DNA of 64,000 nucleotides from Spirochaetia bacterium (GCA_963666985.2 CAXXIA010000002.1:2048001-2112000); one strand, 5' to 3'; positions 50,886-61,003 are shown, numbered from the stretch's first letter. Made by a program: numbers and translations. Notes: generated by a model not told the origin, from the sequence alone.

Positions 50886-51749
50886 ATGAAAGAGCAGAAT
50901 TATCTTGATAATCTGGTAGGCGTTTTCGGGCATCCTGCCGCAGAAAATCCCGGTGTTGTTATACAAGAAGCGGCATTCAAGGACTTGGGTCTCGAACGAT
51001 GGCGATTTTTAACCATAGATGTCGATCCGGGGAATTTGCCTGACGCCCTGGCCGGTCTCAAGGCCATGAAAATGAGAGGCATAAACTGCACCCTTCCTCA
51101 TAAACTTGATGTTTTGAATTATCTTGATGAGATATCGCCCTCGGCAAAACTCATCGGTGCGGTAAATATGATTGTTAATAACGGCGGCAGACTGTTCGGT
51201 GAGAATACCGACGGAAAAGGATTCATGGAATCTCTTAAAAGCAGGGAGATTTCTCCTGAAAAGAAAAACGTCGTAATCCTCGGTGCGGGCGGGGCAGGCC
51301 GGGCCATTTCCATAGAAATGGCATTAGCCGGTGCGGAACATATAACAATCGTGAATATTCCTCAAGATGAGAAACTGGCTTATTCATTAATGGAAGTTCT
51401 TGAGAAACAAACGAAAGCAACAGCCGAATATGTCCCTTGGACCGATCAATTTAAAGTGCCGCCGGATGCGGAAATTCTGATCAATGCCACACCGATCGGT
51501 CTTTATCCCGATATAAACCAAAAGCCGAATATCGACTATAACACCATTCGCCCCGAATTGTTCGTTCAGGATGTCATACCTAATCCGGCTTTTACGGCAT
51601 TTCTTGCCGAAGCGGAAAAAAGAGGAGCCTCATGGAATACAGGTATGGGAATGCTGATAAATCAGGCCGCCATTAATATTGAAATGTGGACAGGGAAAAA
51701 ACCGAATAAAGAAGTCATGATAAAAGCCTATCAGGACGTAATCGGATAG
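50886..51749 (+). CDS. Shikimate/quinate dehydrogenase-family protein (atypical)
   Basis: GINCTLPHK, GAVN, NTDG, GAGGAG, NATPIG; lacks the HSxSP motif. Confidence 0.85.
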   Translation: MKEQNYLDNLVGVFGHPAAENPGVVIQEAAFKDLGLERWRFLTIDVDPGNLPDALAGLKAMKMRGINCTLPHKLDVLNYLDEISPSAKLIGAVNMIVNNGGRLFGENTDGKGFMESLKSREISPEKKNVVILGAGGAGRAISIEMALAGAEHITIVNIPQDEKLAYSLMEVLEKQTKATAEYVPWTDQFKVPPDAEILINATPIGLYPDINQKPNIDYNTIRPELFVQDVIPNPAFTAFLAEAEKRGASWNTGMGMLINQAAINIEMWTGKKPNKEVMIKAYQDVIG

Positions 51750-51757
51750 AACGGCCG

Positions 51758-52630
51758 ATGGAGAAAATACTGGTTACAGGCGGTACCGGTTTCATCGGCA
51801 GCCGAATTTATCATACGTATCACGGCCAATACGACATATTGGCGCTTTCATCCAAGGATATGAATATTCTGGATAAATCCGCTGTGGATGAAACGATTTC
51901 CACCTTTAATCCGGACTATGTTATTCACTGCGCAGCCGTTGCCGTTACCGAGTATTGCAATAAAAATCCCGAACACTGCCAAGCGGTCAATGTTGAAGGT
52001 ACGGTTAATATTGCCGAGTCCTGTTTGCATAATAAATGCCGTCTTGTTTTTTTGAGTACCGAACAGGTTTTTAACGGAAATACGAATCCCGGACCATATT
52101 CCGAAACCGACGAACCGCATCCCGATACGGTCTACGGACAAAACAAGCTTGATGCTGAAAACAAAATACAGGAGATTTGCGGCGACAGTCTGATTTTAAG
52201 ATTAACTTGGTTCTTTGGTGTACCGCAAAAATTTCAGCCGGCAAAGGGGACCATTCTCTGGGATACGATAGAAAAAATACTTTCCGGAAAACCGTTCAAT
52301 GTTGCTGTGAATGAATTTCGCGGCCTGAGTTATGTCGATGAATTAATGGAACTAATTCCTACTTTACTGGATCTTCCTCCGGGAATTTACCATACCGGCT
52401 CCCGGAATCCCATGAACCGATATGAATCGGTCTGCCATATATTCAAAGAGCTGGGATTGGAACAGAGAATAGAGGACCTGGTTCGTGCCGATTACAACAA
52501 GTATTCACAGAGTCCCCGGGATATTAGGCTCAATACGGGTAAGCTGCGGGATGCGGGAATCGTGTTTTCCGAAAGTCCTGACGCCATCAGCCGGTGTATC
52601 AGGGAATACGGTATCAGCTGTTCGGGATGA
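51758..52630 (+). CDS. RmlD-like extended SDR
   Basis: TGGTGFIG, HCAA, STEQVF, YGQNK. Confidence 0.82.
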   Translation: MEKILVTGGTGFIGSRIYHTYHGQYDILALSSKDMNILDKSAVDETISTFNPDYVIHCAAVAVTEYCNKNPEHCQAVNVEGTVNIAESCLHNKCRLVFLSTEQVFNGNTNPGPYSETDEPHPDTVYGQNKLDAENKIQEICGDSLILRLTWFFGVPQKFQPAKGTILWDTIEKILSGKPFNVAVNEFRGLSYVDELMELIPTLLDLPPGIYHTGSRNPMNRYESVCHIFKELGLEQRIEDLVRADYNKYSQSPRDIRLNTGKLRDAGIVFSESPDAISRCIREYGISCSG

Positions 52631-53369
52631 CGACTTCAATATTGCGGCTTGTGAAGTAATTATAATATTCTTCAGGGATGTTCCTGTCCGTTATCAGATA
52701 CTGGATATCCTCACCGCTGCAGTATTTAGACAAGTTGATTTTCCCGAATTTTGAGGAATCCGTCAGGATATATGTTTGCGGACTTCTCTGAATAATTGTC
52801 GAATTGATATCGGCCCTCATCATGTTTTTTCCGGTGAAGCCTGTTTCTACGGTAAAACCGTCTACACCGATAAAGGCCTTACTGAAATTGAGAAAATTCA
52901 GGCATTCTTTCACCAAATTACCAACCAGGCATTCACTTTCATGCTGATAGATACCGCCAAGAAGAATGACTCGTCCTTCTGCGTTCTTGCCGATCTGTCT
53001 TGCAATAAAGGCATTTGATGTAATAATCGTCGTGGATTTACGTTCTTTCACAACTTCGAGAGCAAAAAGAGCATTTATCGAACCCGATTCAACATAAATG
53101 GTCTCGCCTTCATTCACAAATTGAATTGCCGCTCTGGCGATCAGCAGTTTCTCTTCATAATTAATTCCCATTCGATGGGAGATATCATCGGTTTCATCCA
53201 GGATGGCTCCTCCATGAACCCTTCTGAGGAATCCGTTCTTCTCGAGAGCCGTCAAATCTTGTCTTATCGTTGCTTGTGAAACAGTGAGTTTTTCAGCAAG
53301 CTCGTTTACCGCAACTTGTTTTCCATTGGACAGTATATTCAGAATCTGTCTGTGTCTTTTATTCATCAT
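52614..53369 (-). CDS. DeoR/GlpR family regulator
   Basis: VSQATIRQDLTALEKNGFLRRVHGGA, DSSKFG. Confidence 0.93.
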   Translation of the reverse strand: MMNKRHRQILNILSNGKQVAVNELAEKLTVSQATIRQDLTALEKNGFLRRVHGGAILDETDDISHRMGINYEEKLLIARAAIQFVNEGETIYVESGSINALFALEVVKERKSTTIITSNAFIARQIGKNAEGRVILLGGIYQHESECLVGNLVKECLNFLNFSKAFIGVDGFTVETGFTGKNMMRADINSTIIQRSPQTYILTDSSKFGKINLSKYCSGEDIQYLITDRNIPEEYYNYFTSRNIEVVIPNS

Positions 53370-53671
53370 CGTTCCAGATTTTTGCCCGTAATTTCCGACA
53401 CAATGGCATTTCTATTGAGGTCAGTACCGAAAATCATATCATCATCATTCGTGAGTGTAAAATGCATCATGAGAAATATAATGACTTTCTTCCGATGTAA
53501 AAAAAACTTCGAATAGTCCCCGTAAAAAACTTTTTTGGATGTTCAGCGCCACTTTCATTGGTTCAGAATCCTCCACCTCTTGGTCTGGAATTTCGGTTTC
53601 GCCGACCTTGTTGCGGTTCTAAACTGTTACTCGTCGGATGTACCTGAGGATGAAGGTACCGGGAGATAACC

Positions 53672-56044
53672 ATGCGTGATTACGCCGAACAGATTGCCGC
53701 ACTGGATCGCTTTCATAGAATTGAAAGGCTTAAAAAGGACATGCTGGGAGAAACCCGCTATGTTTCAATGGATCAAGCCCGAATTATCACCCGCATTTAC
53801 AAGGAAACCGAGGGTGAACCGACGAATATACGCCGAGCACGGTCATTGGCGGCCGCTCTGGAGGAGATCCCGATCAGAATCGATTCCGGTGAGCTTATTG
53901 TCGGAAACCGAACCCCAGGAATCCGCAATGGAGTCGTTTTTCCCGAGGGAGGGCTTTCCTGGGTGGATAAGGAGTTGGAAACCCTCAGTACCCGCCCTCA
54001 GGATCGATTTGAGGTTCACCCTGAAGACATTCCCTATTTTCGGGAGGAACTCTATCCATATTGGAAAGGAAAAACCCTTGAAGACGTGGTGAATGCGGAA
54101 CTCGGAGAAGATGTCAAATCCATGGCTCGGGTGGTGAAGATCAACCAAAAAGACCATGCCCAGGGACATATTTGTCCGGATACGCCGAAATGGCTGCGCC
54201 TCGGTCCCAAAGGTTTGATCGAAGAAGCCCAAAAGGCTTCCGGAAGAACCGGTGATTCGAACAGATTTCTGGAAGGAGTCATCATCTCCCTGGAAGGCGC
54301 CCGAACTTTTATGCTTCGGTATGCCGATCTGGCCGAAGATCTGGCCGCCGCCGCCGTTCCGGTTCAAGCTTCCGAATTGAGCGAAATCGCACGAATCTGC
54401 CGTAAGCTGAAGGATTTCCCGCCGTCATCCTTTCATGAAGCGCTTCAGTCTCTATGGTTCCTCTATGTCATTCTGCATATGGAATCCAACGCATCTTCTT
54501 TTTCTCCCGGAAGGATGGATCAGTATTTGATGCCTTTCCTTCGGCAAGATCTGGGTTCCGGTCTGCTGGATATGGCGGGAGCCCTGGAGCTGGTGGAAGC
54601 CCTTTGGCTGAAGTTCAACCAGATTGTTTATCTTCGGAATTCCACAGGAGCAAAATACTTCGCCGGATTTCCCATCGGTTTCAATGTGGCTCTTGGAGGT
54701 CAGGATGAAGCGGGTAATGATGCCTCCAATGAGTTATCTTTTCTGTTTTTAAAAGCCCAGGAACATTTGGGCCTTCCCCAACCGAACCTGTCGGCCCGGA
54801 TTTATAAAGGCAGTCCCGAAGATTTGCTGGATACCTGTTCCCGGGTTATCGGCCTTGGAAGCGGCATGCCTCAGATATTTAACGATGAAGCGGTCATCCC
54901 CGCTCTTCGGGGAGTGGGAATCTCCGAAAAGGATTCCAGAAATTACGCCGTTGTCGGCTGTGTTGAGCTTACCACCCAAGGGAACAATTTGGGCTGGAGC
55001 GACGCGGCGATGTTCAACTTGGTGAAAGTCCTGGAACTGACGCTGAACGACGGCGTGGATCTTCTCGACGGAGCCGGGAGCGGTTTGAATCTGGGTACTC
55101 TGGAAGATTTCGACACTTTTGAAAAACTTGAAAAAGCATATGAAACGCAGGTGGATTATTTTATCGACCGAATGATTCCCGCCTGTCATATCGTGGATCG
55201 CATTCATGGTGAAATTGTTCCGTCTCCTTTCCTCTCGTCGGTTATCAACAACTGTATTGCGAAAGGCATCGATGTTACCGACGGAGGTGCCCACTATAAT
55301 CTGTCGGGAATACAGGCTATTCAGCCGGCCAATATCGCCGATAGCCTGGCGGCGCTGAAAACCCTGGTATACGACCAAAAAACAGTTTCCAGGTCCGAAC
55401 TTCTTCAAGCCCTCCGTTCCAATTTTGAGAACAGCGAGATTCTCCGTCAGCGGCTTCTGAACAAAGCACCCAAGTACGGTAACGATATCGAATGGGTTGA
55501 TGAATTGGGCCACAAGTGGATAAAGCACTTCGCGGATCGGTTAAAGGAATTCACCAATCGCCGGGGCGGTCCGTATCACACCGGGCTCTATACCGTTTCC
55601 GCCCATGTTCCCATGGGGCAGAATGTCGGTGCTACCCCAGACGGGCGAAAATCCCGGGAGCCGCTGGCAGACGGAGGGATGTCCGCTGTTTACGGCCGGG
55701 ATACCGCCGGCCCCACCGCGCTGCTTAAATCGGTTTCCAGGGTGGATTCCTCCCTAGGCTCCAACGGAACCCTGCTGAATATGAAGTTTTCTCCGCAGCT
55801 CTTCGGAACCGAAGAAGGGATCAAGAAATTTTCGGCCATGCTGCGGACCTTCGTCAGACTGAAGATCAGCCATGTTCAGTTTAATGTGCTTACCGAACAG
55901 GATCTTCGGGCGGCCATAGAGAATCCCGAGAAATTCCGCAGTCTGACAGTTCGAGTCGCCGGTTATACGGCCTATTTTACCGAGCTTGCCGGTGATCTTC
56001 AGGAAGAGATTATCGCCAGGACTTCGTACCTTGATGCCCTATGA
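53672..56044 (+). CDS. pflD: Glycyl radical enzyme, PflD-like
   Basis: INQKDHAQGH, ESNASSFS, YFAGFPIG, VVGCVEL, AMFNL, YTVSAHVP, RVAGY. Confidence 0.8.
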   Translation: MRDYAEQIAALDRFHRIERLKKDMLGETRYVSMDQARIITRIYKETEGEPTNIRRARSLAAALEEIPIRIDSGELIVGNRTPGIRNGVVFPEGGLSWVDKELETLSTRPQDRFEVHPEDIPYFREELYPYWKGKTLEDVVNAELGEDVKSMARVVKINQKDHAQGHICPDTPKWLRLGPKGLIEEAQKASGRTGDSNRFLEGVIISLEGARTFMLRYADLAEDLAAAAVPVQASELSEIARICRKLKDFPPSSFHEALQSLWFLYVILHMESNASSFSPGRMDQYLMPFLRQDLGSGLLDMAGALELVEALWLKFNQIVYLRNSTGAKYFAGFPIGFNVALGGQDEAGNDASNELSFLFLKAQEHLGLPQPNLSARIYKGSPEDLLDTCSRVIGLGSGMPQIFNDEAVIPALRGVGISEKDSRNYAVVGCVELTTQGNNLGWSDAAMFNLVKVLELTLNDGVDLLDGAGSGLNLGTLEDFDTFEKLEKAYETQVDYFIDRMIPACHIVDRIHGEIVPSPFLSSVINNCIAKGIDVTDGGAHYNLSGIQAIQPANIADSLAALKTLVYDQKTVSRSELLQALRSNFENSEILRQRLLNKAPKYGNDIEWVDELGHKWIKHFADRLKEFTNRRGGPYHTGLYTVSAHVPMGQNVGATPDGRKSREPLADGGMSAVYGRDTAGPTALLKSVSRVDSSLGSNGTLLNMKFSPQLFGTEEGIKKFSAMLRTFVRLKISHVQFNVLTEQDLRAAIENPEKFRSLTVRVAGYTAYFTELAGDLQEEIIARTSYLDAL

Positions 56045-56949
56045 TTTTCGGCACCATCTTCGACCTGAAGCGTTTCGCCCTTCATGACGGATCGGGTTTG
56101 CGTTCCACGCTGTTTCTGAAAGGATGTCCTCTTACCTGTCCGTGGTGTCAGAATCCTGAAGGGGTAAGTCCCCGGATTCATCTGCGGTGGATCGCGTCAA
56201 AATGCATTCGGTGCGGGCTCTGTGTCGACTCTTGTAACGACGGGACGCTTTCCAGGGCTGAAAACGGCGATATTCATATTCATCATTCCGTGAGCGGCGA
56301 TTTGAAAAAATATGTGGATATTTGCCCTACCGGAGCCCTTTGCTTCGACGGCCGCAGAGTTTCCGCCGACGAGATAGCCGGAGAACTTCTCTCCGATCGT
56401 GTTTTCTTCGAATCTTCCGGCGGCGGTATCACTCTCAGCGGCGGTGAACCGCTCGCGCAGCCGGCGTTCTCCGCGGAGGTTTTGCGGCTTTGTCGGGAAG
56501 CCGGTATCTCAACGGCCCTGGAAACCACTCTCGGCGTCCCTATGAACGCCGTAAAGACTGTTTCGCCTTATACCGACCGCTTCCTGGCGGATATGAAGAT
56601 AGCCGATCCTGAGGACCATCAACGAATTCTGAATGCTGATGTTACGACCGTACGGGCTAATCTGGAATTTTTATTGAAACACGGGGCTCATGTTCTGGTT
56701 CGCATAGCCCTTATTCCGGGTTATACGGCCCGGGAAGAAAACCTAAGGGGTTTAGGGAAGTATATCTCAACCCTCCGTCCCCAGCCGCCGGTGGAACTGC
56801 TGAACTTCAACCCTTTGGCGGAAAACAAGTACAGGCTGCTGGGTCGGCACTGGCCCATTCCTAAAGAGACGCCCCGATTTTCTCCGAAAGAGCTGAATCA
56901 TTTTGCCGATGTGCTTTCGAGTGTCGGCGTGAAAAGGATGGAATCATGA
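56041..56949 (+). CDS. Glycyl-radical activating enzyme (radical SAM)
   Basis: HDGSG, GCPLTCPWCQNPE, CIRCGLC...ICPT, GGITLSGGEP; ATGA overlap with the GRE. Confidence 0.92.
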   Translation: MIFGTIFDLKRFALHDGSGLRSTLFLKGCPLTCPWCQNPEGVSPRIHLRWIASKCIRCGLCVDSCNDGTLSRAENGDIHIHHSVSGDLKKYVDICPTGALCFDGRRVSADEIAGELLSDRVFFESSGGGITLSGGEPLAQPAFSAEVLRLCREAGISTALETTLGVPMNAVKTVSPYTDRFLADMKIADPEDHQRILNADVTTVRANLEFLLKHGAHVLVRIALIPGYTAREENLRGLGKYISTLRPQPPVELLNFNPLAENKYRLLGRHWPIPKETPRFSPKELNHFADVLSSVGVKRMES

Positions 56950-58841
56950 AAAACGACATCTCCGCCGGTGCCGCTCTCGATGATATGATCGCCGAGGCGG
57001 AACTGGGACATTCGGTGTATATCACCAGGGTACACAATCTTTTCGAGAACAATCCCCATGGCATAGATTTAAAGCTTGTCTTGGATTTTGCCGGAGGGAT
57101 GGCATCCAGAAGTTTTCCGGTTCGTCTCCCTCTTCCTTCCGAGCTCTCACACAATCAGGCCGAACTGGTTCATGAATATCTGTGTGCCGTGATATACAAC
57201 CTGATTTCCACCTACGGCGGAAGCACGCTGACCTTTTTCAGACCCCTTGGGATATCGGGTCTTGATGAACTCCTCGATTCGGCTGCCGCCGAGTTTTATT
57301 CCGAGAAATCCAAAAAAGAGAGACAGGGTTACGGCCGCTGCCTTAATGTCGCCGAACGAACCGCCGATGCCCTTGACGGTTTGGCGCCGGGTACTGTGCG
57401 ATTTGTTTTTCAGAAGAAAGACGCCGACGGAATATCGAATTCACATCTGATTCAGATGGCCGTTGATACTCCGGAGACGGCCGGAGATGCCGGTTCGGTT
57501 ATCGACAGACTGAAGGATCTGCCGGAGCGTTTGTCGGGAAAAACGATTCTGGGATTGGACATCGGCGGAAGCGATATCAAAGCGGTTCTCGCCATGGACG
57601 GCCGAATTATCGCGTATAAAGAATATGATTGGTTTCCCGCGCGGTTCACCGTCAGCAGGCAATTGGCGGATCCCGTATTGCTTATTGCCCGATGGGCCCG
57701 AATCCGGGCCGCCGTTGAGAAAACCGGCCTGCTTCAGGCGAATGAATTCATTGAATTAAGAGATCTTCTGGATGAAGTTTCATCGGCAGAGGTTTCGGAT
57801 GAAAAGCTGGAAATGGCGGTTCTTGAAGCCGAAAAAAGATTTTGCGAATCCGCGAACGCACCCTTGCCGGGTCTGGATGCCGTCGGCCTCTGTTTTCCCG
57901 ATGTTGTCGTGAAAAATAAAATCGTCGGCGGCGAGGTTTATAAGACTCGGGGAATCCGAAATAATCCAGCCATCGAATACGAAAAGGATTTTCGTACCTT
58001 AACCGATTTGGATCTGCGTCTTGCCGAATTCTGTATAAAAACTCCTGACGGCGCCGTGGTTCGAAATACCAATGACGGCCCCATGGCGTCATTCACTTCC
58101 GCCGTAGAGAGAGCCTTTTCCGGCGAACAGGAGGTCAATAAGGGTGTTTTCGCCCATACTTTGGGCACGGAGCTTGGAACCGGCTGGCTGACTGCGGCGG
58201 CCGAGCTGCCGACAATTCCTCTTGAGGTTTATAATTACGTTATTGATCTGGGTTCAAGAAAAGAACGGCGATATCAATCCGACGATCCCCGAAGCCTCAA
58301 TAATTTCAACACGGGAATACCGGGAACTCTCCAGAAATACACCAGCCAGAGCGGCGTCTTCCGACTGGCCGTGAAATATTTTCCGGAACAGCGTCCCGAT
58401 TTGTATGCCGAACTCTACAATAAAGGATTTATTGAAAATAAAGACAACGGTGAAATCCTGATTTGTCAGAACCCCCGGGACATGCGGAAACCCCTGCTTG
58501 AGCATCTTATGGCGCTTCCTGAGAGAGAAGGGGAAGATGGTGTCTGCGGCGAAATATTTCGGGAAATCGGTGAATATTTGGCCGTAACCTGGGATGAAAC
58601 CAGACGCATTCTCGCTCCCTTGGCCGCTGATCGGGTTCTTTTCGGCCGGCTGGTGAAGAACCCCGTTTGTTTCCGTCTGATGCAGGAAGGGGCGAAGCGT
58701 ATCGCCGGAGATTTGCAGCTGGTTGTTGCCGATGACGAATCGGCCTGGACGCCTTTAATGAGGCAGCTTCGGGATGATGGACGCTATACGGTGGCCCAGT
58801 TCGCTCAGGCGGTGGGAGCGGTTTACTACGCTTTATTGTAA
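56946..58841 (+). CDS. Large atypical ROK/ASKHA-fold protein, putative sugar kinase
   Basis: LGLDIGGSDIK, VGLCFPD, NTNDG, TLGTELGTG, C-terminal AQAVGA; ~195 aa N-terminal extension. Confidence 0.65.
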   Translation: MKNDISAGAALDDMIAEAELGHSVYITRVHNLFENNPHGIDLKLVLDFAGGMASRSFPVRLPLPSELSHNQAELVHEYLCAVIYNLISTYGGSTLTFFRPLGISGLDELLDSAAAEFYSEKSKKERQGYGRCLNVAERTADALDGLAPGTVRFVFQKKDADGISNSHLIQMAVDTPETAGDAGSVIDRLKDLPERLSGKTILGLDIGGSDIKAVLAMDGRIIAYKEYDWFPARFTVSRQLADPVLLIARWARIRAAVEKTGLLQANEFIELRDLLDEVSSAEVSDEKLEMAVLEAEKRFCESANAPLPGLDAVGLCFPDVVVKNKIVGGEVYKTRGIRNNPAIEYEKDFRTLTDLDLRLAEFCIKTPDGAVVRNTNDGPMASFTSAVERAFSGEQEVNKGVFAHTLGTELGTGWLTAAAELPTIPLEVYNYVIDLGSRKERRYQSDDPRSLNNFNTGIPGTLQKYTSQSGVFRLAVKYFPEQRPDLYAELYNKGFIENKDNGEILICQNPRDMRKPLLEHLMALPEREGEDGVCGEIFREIGEYLAVTWDETRRILAPLAADRVLFGRLVKNPVCFRLMQEGAKRIAGDLQLVVADDESAWTPLMRQLRDDGRYTVAQFAQAVGAVYYALL

Positions 58842-58855
58842 TACCTACCGTTTCA

Positions 58856-59659
58856 TTACGGTTTTTTGTATTTGCTCGGGGGAACTCCGAATCGTGCGGT
58901 AAAGCGTCGCGAGAAGTATTTGGGATCGCTGTAACCGATAAAGGATATCACCTGGCCGATATCCATGTCGTGGCGTGCCAGAAGACAGCCGGCCGTTTCC
59001 AATCTTATCGCGTCCAGGTACTTGATCGGTGTTGATCCGGTCCGTTCCTTGAACCGTCTGTCCAGGTAGGAGGTGCTGCAGTTGGCCAGGCGGGCAAGCT
59101 CGTCCACCGTTATCCGGCGGGCAAGGTTTTCATGGAGATAGTGGATAACCCGGCTGATGGGATCTTCAATCTCCCGATGTGAATCCAAAGCCATTTTTAT
59201 ATAATGCAGCAGTGCCTTAACCAGAGAATCAAGGAGCGGATCTTTATGGGAATAACCGGATGCCGCGACGGCATGGATTTCTATAAAGAGCCAGCGAAGC
59301 CTGCTTTCCAGATCCGAAAGGCGATAGATCTGTTTCAACCCCGAAGGGCCGGGAAATTCAATCCCGAGACAGACGATTTCCTGATGCCGAGAAAGATTCA
59401 CCGTCTCCAGATGAAGGAAGTTTTCGGGGTACACGACAAAGTCGAACACCGAGAGAGTCAGGTCGTCCTGTTCTCCGTGAATCCGGGCCCCCCCCTCGAG
59501 GAAGTAGATCAGCTCCATATAGGGGTGCTGATGATGAGTGAGATTCCAAATATCGCTTTTCTCGGTAAATCGTTCGCAGAAAACAAGCTTGGTACCGTTG
59601 AACGATCCGTTTTGAAACGCAGGTACCGACTCTCCCACATTCATACCGGATGATATCAT
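58856..59659 (-). CDS. AraC family regulator with cupin domain
   Basis: HHQHPYMELIY; SYLDRRFK; GYSDPKYFSRRF...GVPPSKY. Confidence 0.92.
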   Translation of the reverse strand: MISSGMNVGESVPAFQNGSFNGTKLVFCERFTEKSDIWNLTHHQHPYMELIYFLEGGARIHGEQDDLTLSVFDFVVYPENFLHLETVNLSRHQEIVCLGIEFPGPSGLKQIYRLSDLESRLRWLFIEIHAVAASGYSHKDPLLDSLVKALLHYIKMALDSHREIEDPISRVIHYLHENLARRITVDELARLANCSTSYLDRRFKERTGSTPIKYLDAIRLETAGCLLARHDMDIGQVISFIGYSDPKYFSRRFTARFGVPPSKYKKP

Positions 59660-59770
59660 TCAACGGTTCCGATCGTCATTCTAAACCTTCGCAGGAGTAA
59701 TGAGTTTGCCCGGAAAGCCTTCTGCTGAAATTCGGAGCGGAAATTGCCGAAGAAAGCCGTCTCGGGCGGC

Positions 59771-61003
59771 CTATGTTCCGGCGAATTCCTTCACCAGCCG
59801 GGCGAGTTCCCGGCCGCGGTTGTAACCTTCCTCGAGATTCTCCTTGGACGGAGCTCCCTGCCATTCCACCGGATCAATAAAATCCCATTTCGCTTTGGCC
59901 GTCAGTTCTTCCAATTCCTTTTGGGCGCCTCCCGACCATCCGAACGAACCGAAGCGGAAAGCTTTTTTGTTGCCGACTTTCTTGCGAAGAAGATCGTCGA
60001 TGACATGGGCCATGGGAGGAAACATCCTGTACTCGTAGGTGGGCATGCCCAGCACCAGACCCGCGGATTTCCAGGCGTCCGCCAGAATGAATCCCATGCC
60101 GGCCTTTGGAACCCGGTGAATATGAACAGGGACTTTTTCGCTGCGGATGCCCCGGACCACGGAGTTCAGCATTTCCGCGGTATTGCCGTACATGGAGCCG
60201 TATACAACGGTTATTTCGGGTTCCGCGGGCCCATTCATGTATCCGGCGTAGCGCAGATAATCGCCGATGATTTTTTCGGGTTCTTCACGCCAGATGATGC
60301 CGTGGGACGGCGCGATCATTTTGATGTCCAATTTCGCTTCGGTGAGTTTCTTTATGGCTCGTTCCACGAACGTTGAGAAACTCGCCACGATGTTCGCGTA
60401 ATAGCGAAGGGCTTCCCGTTCGTAGAATTCCAGCTGTTCCTGGGAACATTGGTCGTCGAAAACCGCTTCTTCCACGGAACCGTAAGAACCGAATCCGTCA
60501 CAGGAAAAGAGAATCCCATCACCCCCCAGCCAGCTCATCATGGTTTCCGGCCAGTGCACATTGGGCGTTTCAAAAAACGTGAGAACCTTGCCCAAGCCCA
60601 AATCGAGAGTTTCGCCGTCTTTGATTGCGTGAACGTTCTCCGTTATGCCGCAAAATTGTTCGATAAGCGGTACCGACTTTTTCGTGCAGTAGATGGCCGC
60701 GTTCTTGTTGAGCTCATGATAATTGCGCAGCCATCCGGTATGATCCGGTTCCATGTGATTAACGATGATAAAGTCGATTTTCGCCGGATCGAAGCCGCCT
60801 CCTTCCATCTGGTCGATAAGCTGCTTCGGAAAGTCGGCGATATCTTGAGTCAGGTCGATGACGGCGGTCTTCTCGCCCTTAATAAGGTATGAATTAATGG
60901 ATGTTCCGTCAGGGATGGGCCAGATGCCCTCGAAAAGATAATCGGGCTCGGTGATATTAACGCCCAAACGATAGACGCCGTCGGTCATTTTAGTCGCTTT
61001 CAT
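59771..61003 (-). CDS. fprA: Flavodiiron protein (FprA)
   Basis: NHMEPDH, HWPET, SCDGFG, PSHG, SMYGNT, FGSFGWSGG. Confidence 0.93.
   Translation of the reverse strand: MKATKMTDGVYRLGVNITEPDYLFEGIWPIPDGTSINSYLIKGEKTAVIDLTQDIADFPKQLIDQMEGGGFDPAKIDFIIVNHMEPDHTGWLRNYHELNKNAAIYCTKKSVPLIEQFCGITENVHAIKDGETLDLGLGKVLTFFETPNVHWPETMMSWLGGDGILFSCDGFGSYGSVEEAVFDDQCSQEQLEFYEREALRYYANIVASFSTFVERAIKKLTEAKLDIKMIAPSHGIIWREEPEKIIGDYLRYAGYMNGPAEPEITVVYGSMYGNTAEMLNSVVRGIRSEKVPVHIHRVPKAGMGFILADAWKSAGLVLGMPTYEYRMFPPMAHVIDDLLRKKVGNKKAFRFGSFGWSGGAQKELEELTAKAKWDFIDPVEWQGAPSKENLEEGYNRGRELARLVKEFAGT

Noticed and set aside
40910..56044. Calling either GRE pyruvate formate-lyase
   Set aside because: Both have a single Cys (GCIE, GCVE) rather than the adjacent Cys-Cys of true PFL
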